NCBI GenBank assembly: GCA_964632255.1
Contig: CAZWCA010000002.1
Span: 37,611 to 101,610 of the forward strand
Direction: 5' to 3'
Origin: an uncultured Smithella sp.
GTDB lineage: Bacteria; Desulfobacterota; Syntrophia; Syntrophales; Smithellaceae
DNA: 64,000 nt
Part shown: in pieces, positions 16,561 to 25,918 of the stretch
Layout: every line of letters starts with the position of its first letter
How positions within the stretch are numbered: position 1 is the stretch's first letter
Program-made: the position numbers and the translations under genes
The notes under the pieces: generated by a model
Told to the model about the DNA's origin: nothing
Databases searched by the model: none
The model's input: only the letters and a program-made list of their open reading frames with translations

Positions 16561-17763
16561 TCAGGGAATTATTCTTACGATTTCCCTCGATGCTGAAGAA
16601 AGATAACGGGCTCCTTCTTTACCTGCAACGACCACGTCATCTTCCACCCCGATAACACCTTCCCCGGGAAAGAAAAACTTCGGTTCGATAGCAATGACCA
16701 TTCCCGGTTGCAGGATCTCTTTTGCACCCCGGCAAATAATGGGGAGTTCGTCAAGCTCCAAACCGATACCATGTCCCACGAAACGTACTTTGGCATCACC
16801 GAATCCCATGAAGTTTTCAGCAAAGGGAGTCTCTTTTTGCACCCAGACAATGATTTCATCATAAACCTCGCCGGCAGTACGACCGGGGACAAGCGCCCGA
16901 CGGATGCGCTCTTCGATCTCCAGCGATATTTCATAAGCACGCCGGAATTTTTCGGAAAGTTTTCCAAGAACCAGCATTCTCGTGACATCGGCAAGATAAC
17001 CGTTAAAAGCCAGTGCAAAATCCATGACAATGGGCTCGCCAGCCTGGATTATGCTGTGCGAAGGCCCGATAGGATAAGCCCAGGAAGGGCCCAATCCGCC
17101 TGTGGGACCATCAAAATTGGTCGGAACTGCGGCCCGCGCACCGGCAGTAACGCCGCCGAAATGAATCTCGCCGCAAAAGCTTCGCAGGCGCACGATAGGT
17201 TCCTGCCCGAGCAGGCGTGACTTAACTCCGAGCAGGCTTTCCAGTTCGACTTCGGTCATGCCGGGACGCAGTATGGTTGAAACATACTCCAGCAATTTTG
17301 AATAGATGCCGCAAGCCTTTTCGATTTGAGTGACTTCCCAATCCGATTTGACAGCCCGGACAAAACGAAGCGCATAGGAGATATCGACGAATTTTGTTTC
17401 AGTAAATGCTTTACGGTATTGTTCAAAACGCGCCACCGGCAGGACGTCATATTCCAGACCCAGTATTTTTGGCACGGGGTGCCCTGCGGCAGCAATAAAC
17501 TGAGGCAGTTTCGAAATACCGGCAAGCGGCATGATTTCCCATGGACATTCCTTACGGGCGCGTTCCAGATAGCGGTAAGCGAGAATTAAAGGTTTTCCCG
17601 TGTTTGGTATGTAAACATGCAGGTCTTGTGCGGTTCCCGTAAAATACATAGTGTCGACACGATGTACGAGAAGTGTTCCGTCAATATCTTTGCTTCGCAA
17701 AACTTCTTGAAAACGATCCAGCCTTTTTTGTAATTCGGCAGCCGGAATTACTTGTTTAATCAT
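16561..17763 (-). CDS. M24-family Xaa-Pro aminopeptidase / creatinase-fold peptidase
   Basis: 400 aa with the pita-bread metal-ligand contexts VMDFALAFNGYLADVTR, GHGIGLELDE and VIAIEPKF ... GVEDDVVV. Confidence 0.8.
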   Translation of the reverse strand: MIKQVIPAAELQKRLDRFQEVLRSKDIDGTLLVHRVDTMYFTGTAQDLHVYIPNTGKPLILAYRYLERARKECPWEIMPLAGISKLPQFIAAAGHPVPKILGLEYDVLPVARFEQYRKAFTETKFVDISYALRFVRAVKSDWEVTQIEKACGIYSKLLEYVSTILRPGMTEVELESLLGVKSRLLGQEPIVRLRSFCGEIHFGGVTAGARAAVPTNFDGPTGGLGPSWAYPIGPSHSIIQAGEPIVMDFALAFNGYLADVTRMLVLGKLSEKFRRAYEISLEIEERIRRALVPGRTAGEVYDEIIVWVQKETPFAENFMGFGDAKVRFVGHGIGLELDELPIICRGAKEILQPGMVIAIEPKFFFPGEGVIGVEDDVVVAGKEGARYLSSASREIVRIIP

Positions 17764-18460
17764 TGCTTTCTCCCTTTTAGCTCGCGTTTTTCTTCTTTCA
17801 ATCAGATTCAGGTAATCATGCTATAGCATAAGAAGACCTTTCATGGACAGTATTTAGTCCTGCAATGCTATACTGCAAAGTCCCGCGGCAGGCCGGGTTT
17901 CTCAATGTTCGTTTAATACATGGCCGTGATACCTGGACATTGAACATCCGGCGGCATTTGCAATAGATTGCTCATATTTATACAAAAAAGGACATGGAAG
18001 GAAAAGTGAAGAGTTGCTTGAAAAAGGCGGAAGGCATTGAGATGATGAGGGGCAGGAATGATCAAAGAAATATGGAATTGATCATCCCCGTTAAGGTTTG
18101 CTTGTTGCAGTCGGCGGCAAAGATAAATGGTTTTCTTATCCTTGGTGGGAAAGCCGCAGTGTTGAACCTTTTTTTGCAGCTCGTGGATATTCATAACAAG
18201 CTGAGCTACGATCTTCTTTGAACTTTTTGCTGAACCCGGTATGATGGAAATATTGCAAAATGCCAGCTTGGTCAGAGGCTTGCATGCTACCCGGCTTTTT
18301 CCGGAGAAGGCGCGGTGCCTTTTATTATCTCCGGCATAGATCCGGATAAAATACCTGAACAGTTATCAGCCATTCATGCTGCCCAAGTGACCGAATCATT
18401 TTTCACTTGAATTTTAAATTTGAAAACCACCATGGCCGGCAGCTATTTCGGCCGCAGCAA

Positions 18461-19351
18461 TCAAGCCGGTATATCTTCCCGATTTATGATGAAAGGTCTC
18501 GGAGAAAAATTAAAATCGCGGCAGGCATCTTTATGTTCAAAGACGAGATCCTGATTCATTCTCTCAACCATGGCAAATGACAAGTATTGAAAACGCGGCA
18601 ACAAACGTAAACAGTTTAAGGCCAATCTGAAAAAAGAGGGAGGTAATCTTAGAAAGCGCGGTGACTTGTCCAGTATGGAAAAAATACGCCGGACCATTTC
18701 ATGATAAGTAAGAATTTCACCGCCGGAAAGATTGTACGAGCGATTAATGGTTTTCATTTCTCTAAGAGCAGCAAAACAACTTGTTGCAACATCGCTTACA
18801 TGGATTGGTTGCCGCAAGCCTTTACCATTGCCATATAAAAGGAAAAAGGAAAAACGGCGAATGAACTTAATAATTACACTGATTGTCTTATCTTTTCCAA
18901 GACCGTAAATCATTGTCGGCCTTAGAATTGTCCATGCTACGCCTTTGGCCCTCGCCCAGGAAACAAGTTTATCTTCACTGCTTGTCAGTTTTTGCGCCAA
19001 TGTGCGCTCTACAGGATCGGATGATAATTTTTTTGAGAATCGGCTTGTTGAAGAAAGAACCACTATATGGTTTGCTCCGTAAAAGGAAAGCATCGAAAAA
19101 TAATCAGGAAGGACCCATATCGGAGCCAGACAAATCCAGTCCGGTATTTGCTCTTCGGCGGGGCATGAATCCATTAGAGAATAGTCAGACTTCTGAAGAT
19201 GTTGCCATTTAACGGAGCCTGTTTTTTGATGACTTTGCTTACATTGCATCCGCCGGGAAAAGGCGACAATATTACAATTTTTTTGAGCCGCCGGTAAGTG
19301 TAAAAGACATTGCCCGATAAAACTTGTCGCTCCAATTACTCCAACGCGCAT
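18461..19351 (-). CDS. NAD(P)-dependent epimerase/dehydratase-family (SDR) protein
   Basis: The N-terminal MRVGVIGATSFIGQCLL matches a Rossmann GxxGxxG. LRPTMIYG is typical of extended SDRs. Confidence 0.65.
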   Translation of the reverse strand: MRVGVIGATSFIGQCLLHLPAAQKNCNIVAFSRRMQCKQSHQKTGSVKWQHLQKSDYSLMDSCPAEEQIPDWICLAPIWVLPDYFSMLSFYGANHIVVLSSTSRFSKKLSSDPVERTLAQKLTSSEDKLVSWARAKGVAWTILRPTMIYGLGKDKTISVIIKFIRRFSFFLLYGNGKGLRQPIHVSDVATSCFAALREMKTINRSYNLSGGEILTYHEMVRRIFSILDKSPRFLRLPPSFFRLALNCLRLLPRFQYLSFAMVERMNQDLVFEHKDACRDFNFSPRPFIINREDIPA

Positions 19352-20205
19352 TTTCTTTCCCGGGTTGCTGCGCCATTCTTAATGAAATCAAAACTATGAC
19401 TTACCGTTGCTAAGCTGAACCGAAGCCAGACACCGATAATTACCAGCCACATTATTAAAACAGGATATTGGCTTTTAAAAAATTTTCGATAAAAACGCAC
19501 CATCCCCTTATGTTTGTGCCACTCAACAAAAATCGGACGTCCCGCACTGCTTAAACCTTTGTAATGAATTACGGGAGCAGAGGGTACAAAAATGATTTTC
19601 CATTCATTTTGCCGAAAGCGCATACACCAGTCCAAATCTTCACAATGCATAAAATACCCTTCGTCCAAAAGGCCGACTTGTCTCATCGCTTTTGAACGAA
19701 CAAGCATACAGGAGCCGGAAATTGCCTCCACTTCTATAGGATATTCCGGTAAAGGCTGTCTGTGTAAATTAAAATCGGAACAAAGACGTGGATAGCGTTT
19801 ACTCAAACATGACAAGCCGAATGTACGCATTAGGGAACGCCATGGCGTGGGTACAGCTCTTCTTCCACCGGCCTGCTCACTTCCATCTTCATTCAGCAGA
19901 CAAGGACCGGCCATTCCCACATCAATCTGTAAATTAATAACATTTAACATTTTTTCCAAAGAATTTGGATGAAGGATGCAGTCGGGATTAAGGAAAAGGA
20001 GATAGTCACTTTCCGCTTTCCTCGCTCCGATATTGCAAGCCTTGGAGAATCCTAAATTTTTATTATTGTTGATACATGTAATCCGGGAATTATTTTCTGC
20101 ATATTTTTTTAAATCATTCATACTGGAATCGGAAGATCCATTATCAATAACAAAAATTTCCTTTACGCATGCAGATGCCAGTACGGAACGGACGGCATTC
20201 AGCAA
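19336..20205 (-). CDS. Family-2 glycosyltransferase (true start probably upstream, at about 20256; see findings)
   Basis: VIDNGSSDSS, NLGFSKACNIG and the DxD-like CEDLDW are present. The first beta-strand of the fold (ITAIIVNYN) is encoded in frame upstream of the first canonical start codon. Confidence 0.8.
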   Translation of the reverse strand: MLNAVRSVLASACVKEIFVIDNGSSDSSMNDLKKYAENNSRITCINNNKNLGFSKACNIGARKAESDYLLFLNPDCILHPNSLEKMLNVINLQIDVGMAGPCLLNEDGSEQAGGRRAVPTPWRSLMRTFGLSCLSKRYPRLCSDFNLHRQPLPEYPIEVEAISGSCMLVRSKAMRQVGLLDEGYFMHCEDLDWCMRFRQNEWKIIFVPSAPVIHYKGLSSAGRPIFVEWHKHKGMVRFYRKFFKSQYPVLIMWLVIIGVWLRFSLATVSHSFDFIKNGAATRERKCALE

Positions 20206-20252
20206 AGCGCGACCGGCATTATAGTTAACTATTATTGCAGTAATCTGAGGAT

Positions 20253-21257
20253 TTATGATTTTATCCTTGAAAGGTGAAGCCTGTTAGGTAATAGACGCTT
20301 ATCCAACACTCTCCATATCTCACTTGTAGAAGCTGTATGATTTTTCTGGATGTGACATCGCTTCTTCCACATATGGGGGACACCCAGTAACGCATCCTTC
20401 TTAGCTTGCAATATGACGGTTCCCTGGCCCCGCAAATAGAACCAGATAATGCTTCCCAGATTAAGAATAAGATGCAGGGGAAGAAATAACCAGAAAAGCA
20501 GTCCGGGCATATTTTTTATATAAGTCCAAACAAGATTCCGGTGACCGTGATAAACTGCAAAATTACCATGTTTTCCTCCTGCAAGGGCTGATCCTGCATG
20601 ATAAACGACGGCATCCGCGACTAATAAACAGCGATGTCCTGCCAAATGTAACCGGAAACCCAAATCAACATCCTCCAGGTAACAAAAAAAATCTTCGTCC
20701 AAACCTCCGACGGAAAGGAATATATCGCGCCTGTAAAGTACGGCTGCAGCGCATGCCGAGAATATCTCTTTTGTTTCAATGGCACTTTGTCCGGCTATTC
20801 GACCATGGCTGTCACGCCAGGCAAGACCGCTCGCATGATAGACATCTCCAATGCCATCAAGCCGTGATAAATCATTCTTTGCATACATGCAGGAGCCGTA
20901 AAAGCTGAATTCAGGATGAGTACGGGCGGCAATAATCATTTTTTCCAGCCAGCCCGGCGCAGCGCACGCATCCGGGTTCAATAAGGCGATCCATTTGCAA
21001 TCCGCTGCAAGATGCGCGGCATAATTATTTGCGGCAGCAAAACCTATATTCTCATTCAAAAGGATAAATTCAACATCAGGAAATGAGCGTATGGCAATAT
21101 CCGCCGAATCATCGGTGCTTGCATTATCAATCACTATTATGCGTGATGGAGGAAATGACTGATTGACAATGGATTTCAGACAATGCTGCAGCATATCTCC
21201 ACCGTTGAAATTGACTACTGCAACAGCGACTCGTTCATTTATAGCCGGCATAGGCAA
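20253..21257 (-). CDS. Family-2 glycosyltransferase (rhamnosyltransferase-like)
   Basis: VAVAVVNFNGG, VIDNASTDDS, NIGFAAANN and YLEDVDLGFR are present, with a C-terminal hydrophobic segment. Confidence 0.85.
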   Translation of the reverse strand: MPMPAINERVAVAVVNFNGGDMLQHCLKSIVNQSFPPSRIIVIDNASTDDSADIAIRSFPDVEFILLNENIGFAAANNYAAHLAADCKWIALLNPDACAAPGWLEKMIIAARTHPEFSFYGSCMYAKNDLSRLDGIGDVYHASGLAWRDSHGRIAGQSAIETKEIFSACAAAVLYRRDIFLSVGGLDEDFFCYLEDVDLGFRLHLAGHRCLLVADAVVYHAGSALAGGKHGNFAVYHGHRNLVWTYIKNMPGLLFWLFLPLHLILNLGSIIWFYLRGQGTVILQAKKDALLGVPHMWKKRCHIQKNHTASTSEIWRVLDKRLLPNRLHLSRIKS

Positions 21258-21285
21258 TGTGACTCTCTATTGAGATTAAATGACA

Positions 21286-21996
21286 TTACCGAAATGAGAT
21301 TTGTTTGAACTCCTGCTCAGCGCAAGCCAGACTTTCCAGGTTGCCGATATCTCGATGATAGACACCATTATGAAATGTCTGGATGCGTCCCAGATAATGA
21401 GGCAGAACTTCAAGACTTATGTCGATTACTTCACGTCCTATTCCTGCAAGAAAATCGATTATCGATGGTTCAAAAATGTAAACTGCTGCATTTGCTCTGT
21501 TTCCCGGTGCTGATAATGATTTTTCATGGAAAGCTGTAACAATGTATCTGTTATTCTGCTCGACTATCCCGCATGTCTGCGGCCTGTCCGTATCAAAAGT
21601 CATCATTGTTATTTCCACTCCGCGCGGCCGTTGAACATGAGCGGCAATGAATTCTTTAACATCAAATCTGGTTAAGTTATCGGCGTGAGCAACCATAAAT
21701 GATTTATTTTTAAAAAAACGGCGATTTTTCAACACAGTACCGCCTGTACCTAATAGTCTATCTTCATAGGCGATCTCGACTGAATTTCTCCAGGGAGAAC
21801 GGTCAATATGATTTCTTACAATATTCGAAAGATAATGGGTGTTGATGAGAATATGTTCGATCCCGCCGGGCAACAATAAATCAAGCCAATAGTCCAACAG
21901 AGGCCTGCCGCAGACCGGTACCAGGCATTTCGGAACAGAATTGGTAATCGGGCGCAGGCGGGTTCCAAAGCCGGCGGCTAACAGTAGTGCTCTCAA
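21286..21996 (-). CDS. Sugar-1-phosphate nucleotidyltransferase (HddC/ManC-like)
   Basis: LRALLLAAGFGTRLRPITNSVPKCLVPVCGRPLL is the canonical NTP-transferase N-terminus. The start is placed at the TTG at 21996, which overlaps the upstream stop as TTGA. The track start at 22134 would add 46 implausible residues inside the upstream gene. Confidence 0.8.
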   Translation of the reverse strand: MRALLLAAGFGTRLRPITNSVPKCLVPVCGRPLLDYWLDLLLPGGIEHILINTHYLSNIVRNHIDRSPWRNSVEIAYEDRLLGTGGTVLKNRRFFKNKSFMVAHADNLTRFDVKEFIAAHVQRPRGVEITMMTFDTDRPQTCGIVEQNNRYIVTAFHEKSLSAPGNRANAAVYIFEPSIIDFLAGIGREVIDISLEVLPHYLGRIQTFHNGVYHRDIGNLESLACAEQEFKQISFR

Positions 21997-23519
21997 AGTC
22001 GCAATTCCCTGATTATATCCATTGCCGAAAGTGGCAAATTTCCTATCCTTCCTACCTGGCAGGCAGCGGCAATGGAGCCGAGATAGCCGCTTTCCCAAAT
22101 GCTTGCGCCAACCGCCATAGCCATAGCGGCGCATGTGAGCATTGAATCTCCAGCTCCTGAAACATCCTTGGGTGCAGTATTGAAGGAGGGCAATTGATCG
22201 GTTATTAATTGATTTTGCATAGAAGAAGGTGCATGTATTAAAACACCTTCTGAGCCGAGAGTTATGAAAATATGCTTTGCATTTGAATTCAATAGAAGAT
22301 TGGTCGCCAGAACAACGAGGCCCGATGTCATATCATGAATAGACAATCGTCCTTCATACTCGGTAGGAGTAATCAAATGCATTCCTTTAAAGCGTGTTAT
22401 ATCCGAGGACTGTGAAGATGCCTGGCTGTCCGCTGCCATCATGACATTATGCTGATTACAGCAATCAATAATGGAATTAACCAGGGATTGCGGTAAACAG
22501 CCATAATTGAAATCGGAAAAGATGAGCAAATCAGTATCCTCAATTTCCGCAGCTAACCGTTCAAATATAAGTTTTTCCAATTCATGACTGATATCATGCT
22601 GGCGCAAATGACTTACCCGGAGCAATGTTTTAGAACCGGCTCGATAACGTTGCTTTAATGTAGTTGGGCGGCTTTCGTCGATAAATAGGTGAGTCATTAC
22701 GCCGTAGGATTCTAAAGTGTTTTTGGCGAATTCCGCTGTTTCATCGCCGCCGGTCACGCCAAAATATAAAACTTTAGCCCCTAATCCGCGGGAATGTGCA
22801 GAAACAATTCCGGCTCCACCAATATAACGATTGCAGTTAAGCGGAGTGACAACGAGCGTTGGATCTTCCCGAGACATGCCGAGAGGATCGCAATTAACGT
22901 ATTCATCAACAATGATGTCTCCAATTACGATGACCTTAAGATCAGAAAATTTTTTCACATATGAAGCAAGTTTTGAAAAATTAATTTCATGCCGTTCCAA
23001 GTAATCAATTGGTTTACGTATAAAAGAAAGACTTATCTCATGCAATTCCCGTTGCATAAGATCTAATGAGGAAAAGCGCACTTCTCCCGAACTAAATAAA
23101 AGCTTGCCGCCATAGCTTTTAATTATCGCTTTTTCCGGATTATATTTATTTTCATGTTCTTTGCCTTTGACTACAACATGAGGACGCAAGGTTAAAATAA
23201 AATATTCCGGGTCCGTCTTCATTATAAAAGAAAAATTAACTACTGAAATAGCTTTAACACTTTCATGCCGAAGATATTCGGGAACTATAGTGCCACTGGT
23301 ATTATCTTTATTAACTCCAACGACTAGAAAATCACCGCATTCAGCGGCAAAATTTAGAAGGCGAAGATGGCCTGGATGCAAAATATTAAAATTTCCGGAA
23401 ACAAAGACTATCCTTTTGTCATTTCCGGCGCATGCCTTAATTTCACTTACAATACGAGCTGTATATTCAAAAGGACTTTCATTGAGTGCCAGATTCTTCA
23501 CTCCTTCACTTTCCGACAT
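21993..23519 (-). CDS. Bifunctional cytidylyl/adenylyl-transferase-like (N-terminal) plus PfkB sugar kinase (C-terminal), HldE-like with inverted domain order
   Basis: The N-terminal VFVSGNFNILHPGHLRLL carries the HxGH nucleotidyltransferase motif. The C-terminal DVSGAGDSMLTCAAMA is the PfkB signature 2. Confidence 0.75.
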   Translation of the reverse strand: MSESEGVKNLALNESPFEYTARIVSEIKACAGNDKRIVFVSGNFNILHPGHLRLLNFAAECGDFLVVGVNKDNTSGTIVPEYLRHESVKAISVVNFSFIMKTDPEYFILTLRPHVVVKGKEHENKYNPEKAIIKSYGGKLLFSSGEVRFSSLDLMQRELHEISLSFIRKPIDYLERHEINFSKLASYVKKFSDLKVIVIGDIIVDEYVNCDPLGMSREDPTLVVTPLNCNRYIGGAGIVSAHSRGLGAKVLYFGVTGGDETAEFAKNTLESYGVMTHLFIDESRPTTLKQRYRAGSKTLLRVSHLRQHDISHELEKLIFERLAAEIEDTDLLIFSDFNYGCLPQSLVNSIIDCCNQHNVMMAADSQASSQSSDITRFKGMHLITPTEYEGRLSIHDMTSGLVVLATNLLLNSNAKHIFITLGSEGVLIHAPSSMQNQLITDQLPSFNTAPKDVSGAGDSMLTCAAMAMAVGASIWESGYLGSIAAACQVGRIGNLPLSAMDIIRELRL

Positions 23520-23769
23520 AAAATGCCTCCATAAAAAAGTAGTTTTTGAGATTCAGGAGAAATGGCGGTTGTATTAAATCAAATATGAGCATTCGTGAAT
23601 TTAACCTTAGTTTGCTTTTGATCATTTCACGGTGTTGTGCGCCACTGATTTAAGGGAAATTATCAGTTGGAATATCTTCTTCCTTGCATAGATTTAAGAG
23701 TATGATATCAATTGATGTGAGCGGAACATGAAGATCATTCTAAAGTTTCAGAATTCATTATAATTATCA

Positions 23770-25044
23770 TTGAAAGATTTAATCGGTGGAAAGGACGAAC
23801 GCTTGTTGAACTGGCCTCACTTTTGGCATGGAATCGCTTATGAATGGCGCCGCATTTACCGGCAAAGGCTTGATATACTGCTTTTCAAAGCGGCTAAACA
23901 CATAATCAGCATTTTTTTATGGCTGCTTCTCTTGCCCTTGACAATCGTTCTTCATTTGGCAGGTTACCGGCGTGTTACAGTATTTACAGATCGAATTGGT
24001 CATCTGGCCATTGAGCCTGATTGTCTTCTCAAAGAGCAGAGGCTCGGTCTTATTCCCCAATGCCGCTGGTTTATTCTTGCCCCTCCAGGGCGTGTAGCCA
24101 ATCATCATTTATTGAATTACTGGAAACCATTCATTCGTATCTACGAAAACGGCTTGGCCTGTTATGTTTTGTCGAGCATGAGTCTCTTCGGTTTCATGCG
24201 CTATGATATTTCTCGTTACGTACTTGCCGTCAATAAGGCTCAGGCTGCCTATAAAATTAATGCACTATGGGATGGCCGGCCGCCACTGCTCTCCCTTACA
24301 AAGGAGGATGAGAAATGGAGCGCACATGCATTGCGCCAATTAGGATTGCCCGAAGGTGCATGGTTTGTCTGCGTTCATGTAAGAGAACCTGGTTTTTCTC
24401 CTGTTGATGAGGAGCTGCAATCTCATCGCAATGCAAGCATCGAAAACATAATGCCTGCAATACAGGAAATCATAGCTCGTGGAGGGTGGGTTATCAGAAT
24501 CGGCGATGCTAGCATGACCCCATTGCCGCCATTGCCAAAAATTATTGACTACGCTCACCATCCTATGAAATCAGAACAATTGGACATAATACTTTGCGCA
24601 AAAGCAAAATTCATCCTCGGCAATACATCCGGCATTGCGCTTGTCGGATCTGTCTTTGGTATCCCTTGTGCCATTGCCAATATGATTCCTATGTCCGACC
24701 TATGGTATGGCATCCGTGATATCAGCATTCCGAAGCTGCTTTGGTCCGAGCATCTCAATCGCTATCTCCGGTTTGACGAAGTAATTTCATCATCTCTCGC
24801 CAAATACCGTTACGCGGCGCTATACAGGAAAGCAAAAATCAGAGTCGAAGAAAACTCCGCTGAAGATATCCGTAACCTGGCAGTTGAAATGATTGACCGT
24901 TTGGACAATAGCTTTGTTGAATCAAATGCTGATAAAGAACGCTTCAATTGCTTCCTCTCCCAATTAAAAGAGAATCACTATTCCTTTGGCTCGCGCGCTC
25001 GTATTGCATCACTGTTCCTTTGCAAACATCCTGAGCTATTATAA
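23770..25044 (+). CDS. Putative glycosyltransferase-like protein (family uncertain), the only plus-strand gene in the locus
   Basis: 424 aa with a TTG start and an N-terminal TM segment. The C-terminal half (WFVCVHVRE ... VIRIGD ... KFILGNTSGIALVGSVFGIPCA) resembles, from memory, the TIGR04372-type putative GT family. This is not verified. Confidence 0.35.
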   Translation: MKDLIGGKDERLLNWPHFWHGIAYEWRRIYRQRLDILLFKAAKHIISIFLWLLLLPLTIVLHLAGYRRVTVFTDRIGHLAIEPDCLLKEQRLGLIPQCRWFILAPPGRVANHHLLNYWKPFIRIYENGLACYVLSSMSLFGFMRYDISRYVLAVNKAQAAYKINALWDGRPPLLSLTKEDEKWSAHALRQLGLPEGAWFVCVHVREPGFSPVDEELQSHRNASIENIMPAIQEIIARGGWVIRIGDASMTPLPPLPKIIDYAHHPMKSEQLDIILCAKAKFILGNTSGIALVGSVFGIPCAIANMIPMSDLWYGIRDISIPKLLWSEHLNRYLRFDEVISSSLAKYRYAALYRKAKIRVEENSAEDIRNLAVEMIDRLDNSFVESNADKERFNCFLSQLKENHYSFGSRARIASLFLCKHPELL

Positions 25045-25066
25045 TACACATCGATTAGTTGATCTC

Positions 25067-25906
25067 TCAAATTGATTTGAGAAAACCGGTCCACTTAGCT
25101 ATACGCCATAGATGTTTTCGCCGGGAATAAATCTTTTTTTGATCGGCATTGATGACATTTATATTATCAATAACATTGGCCGGCATTGGTTCCACTGCCA
25201 AGCTGGTTGATTGTTCCAGGGGAAGACGAAACGGGGTATCTTGGGTCTTAGTAAAGATTACCTCGATTCCAACATCGTGGATAGTCTCGATTGACAAACC
25301 ATGTGAGCGTAATTCATCCGGGACTATCTGGCTCTGACCAATGCTAAACATTAGGTTGTTTAATTTATACTTGTTCTCAGGCGCTAACATATTAAAAAAA
25401 AGCGGGTCATACCGAAAAAAAGCATGGTTCAGATAACCTGCCATAGGTAAATCGTGATACATAATGCCGTTCACTTTGGCGAGCTGATGGATAGTGCGGA
25501 ACGCATTAACCTGATTGAATACGTGCTCGGTCGTGCCAAAGTTCATAACCAAATCGAAATGGTTTTCCAGCTTCGGTCCGGGAGCATGCCTGTTCAAATC
25601 AAATAGGATTGTGTTCGGTGCTTTAAATATATCCAATGCGGTGTAACGAAAGCCTGCCAACATCAATAATTCTCCAAAGAAACTGCCGTCAGTGATGGAC
25701 GATAGTTGAGCGTCAGTAATCCTGGCTTGGAACGGGCCTTTCGGTGCGCGACGAGCATAATAATCTGCCATTGAGCACGCGGCGTCATTGATACCAGCCC
25801 CGAACAACTGCGTAGTACCTATGTCACAGATATTACTTCCGTAAGGAAGACAACCTGTCTCTGTCATTTCCATGATCCGTTGAATGGTTTTTATGCCAGC
25901 GCCCAT
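25067..25906 (-). CDS. Methyltransferase-fold protein, paralogue of the N-terminal part of 32126..33268
   Basis: ICDIGTTQLFGAG and FDLVMNFGTTEHVFNQVNAFRTIHQLAKVNGIM are collinear with the same blocks in 32126..33268 (ILDVGSSNLY, FDLILNFGTTEHLLNQYNAFKVIHDSTKVGGYI). Confidence 0.5.
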   Translation of the reverse strand: MGAGIKTIQRIMEMTETGCLPYGSNICDIGTTQLFGAGINDAACSMADYYARRAPKGPFQARITDAQLSSITDGSFFGELLMLAGFRYTALDIFKAPNTILFDLNRHAPGPKLENHFDLVMNFGTTEHVFNQVNAFRTIHQLAKVNGIMYHDLPMAGYLNHAFFRYDPLFFNMLAPENKYKLNNLMFSIGQSQIVPDELRSHGLSIETIHDVGIEVIFTKTQDTPFRLPLEQSTSLAVEPMPANVIDNINVINADQKKIYSRRKHLWRIAKWTGFLKSI

Positions 25907-25918
25907 TACAGCAGCTCC

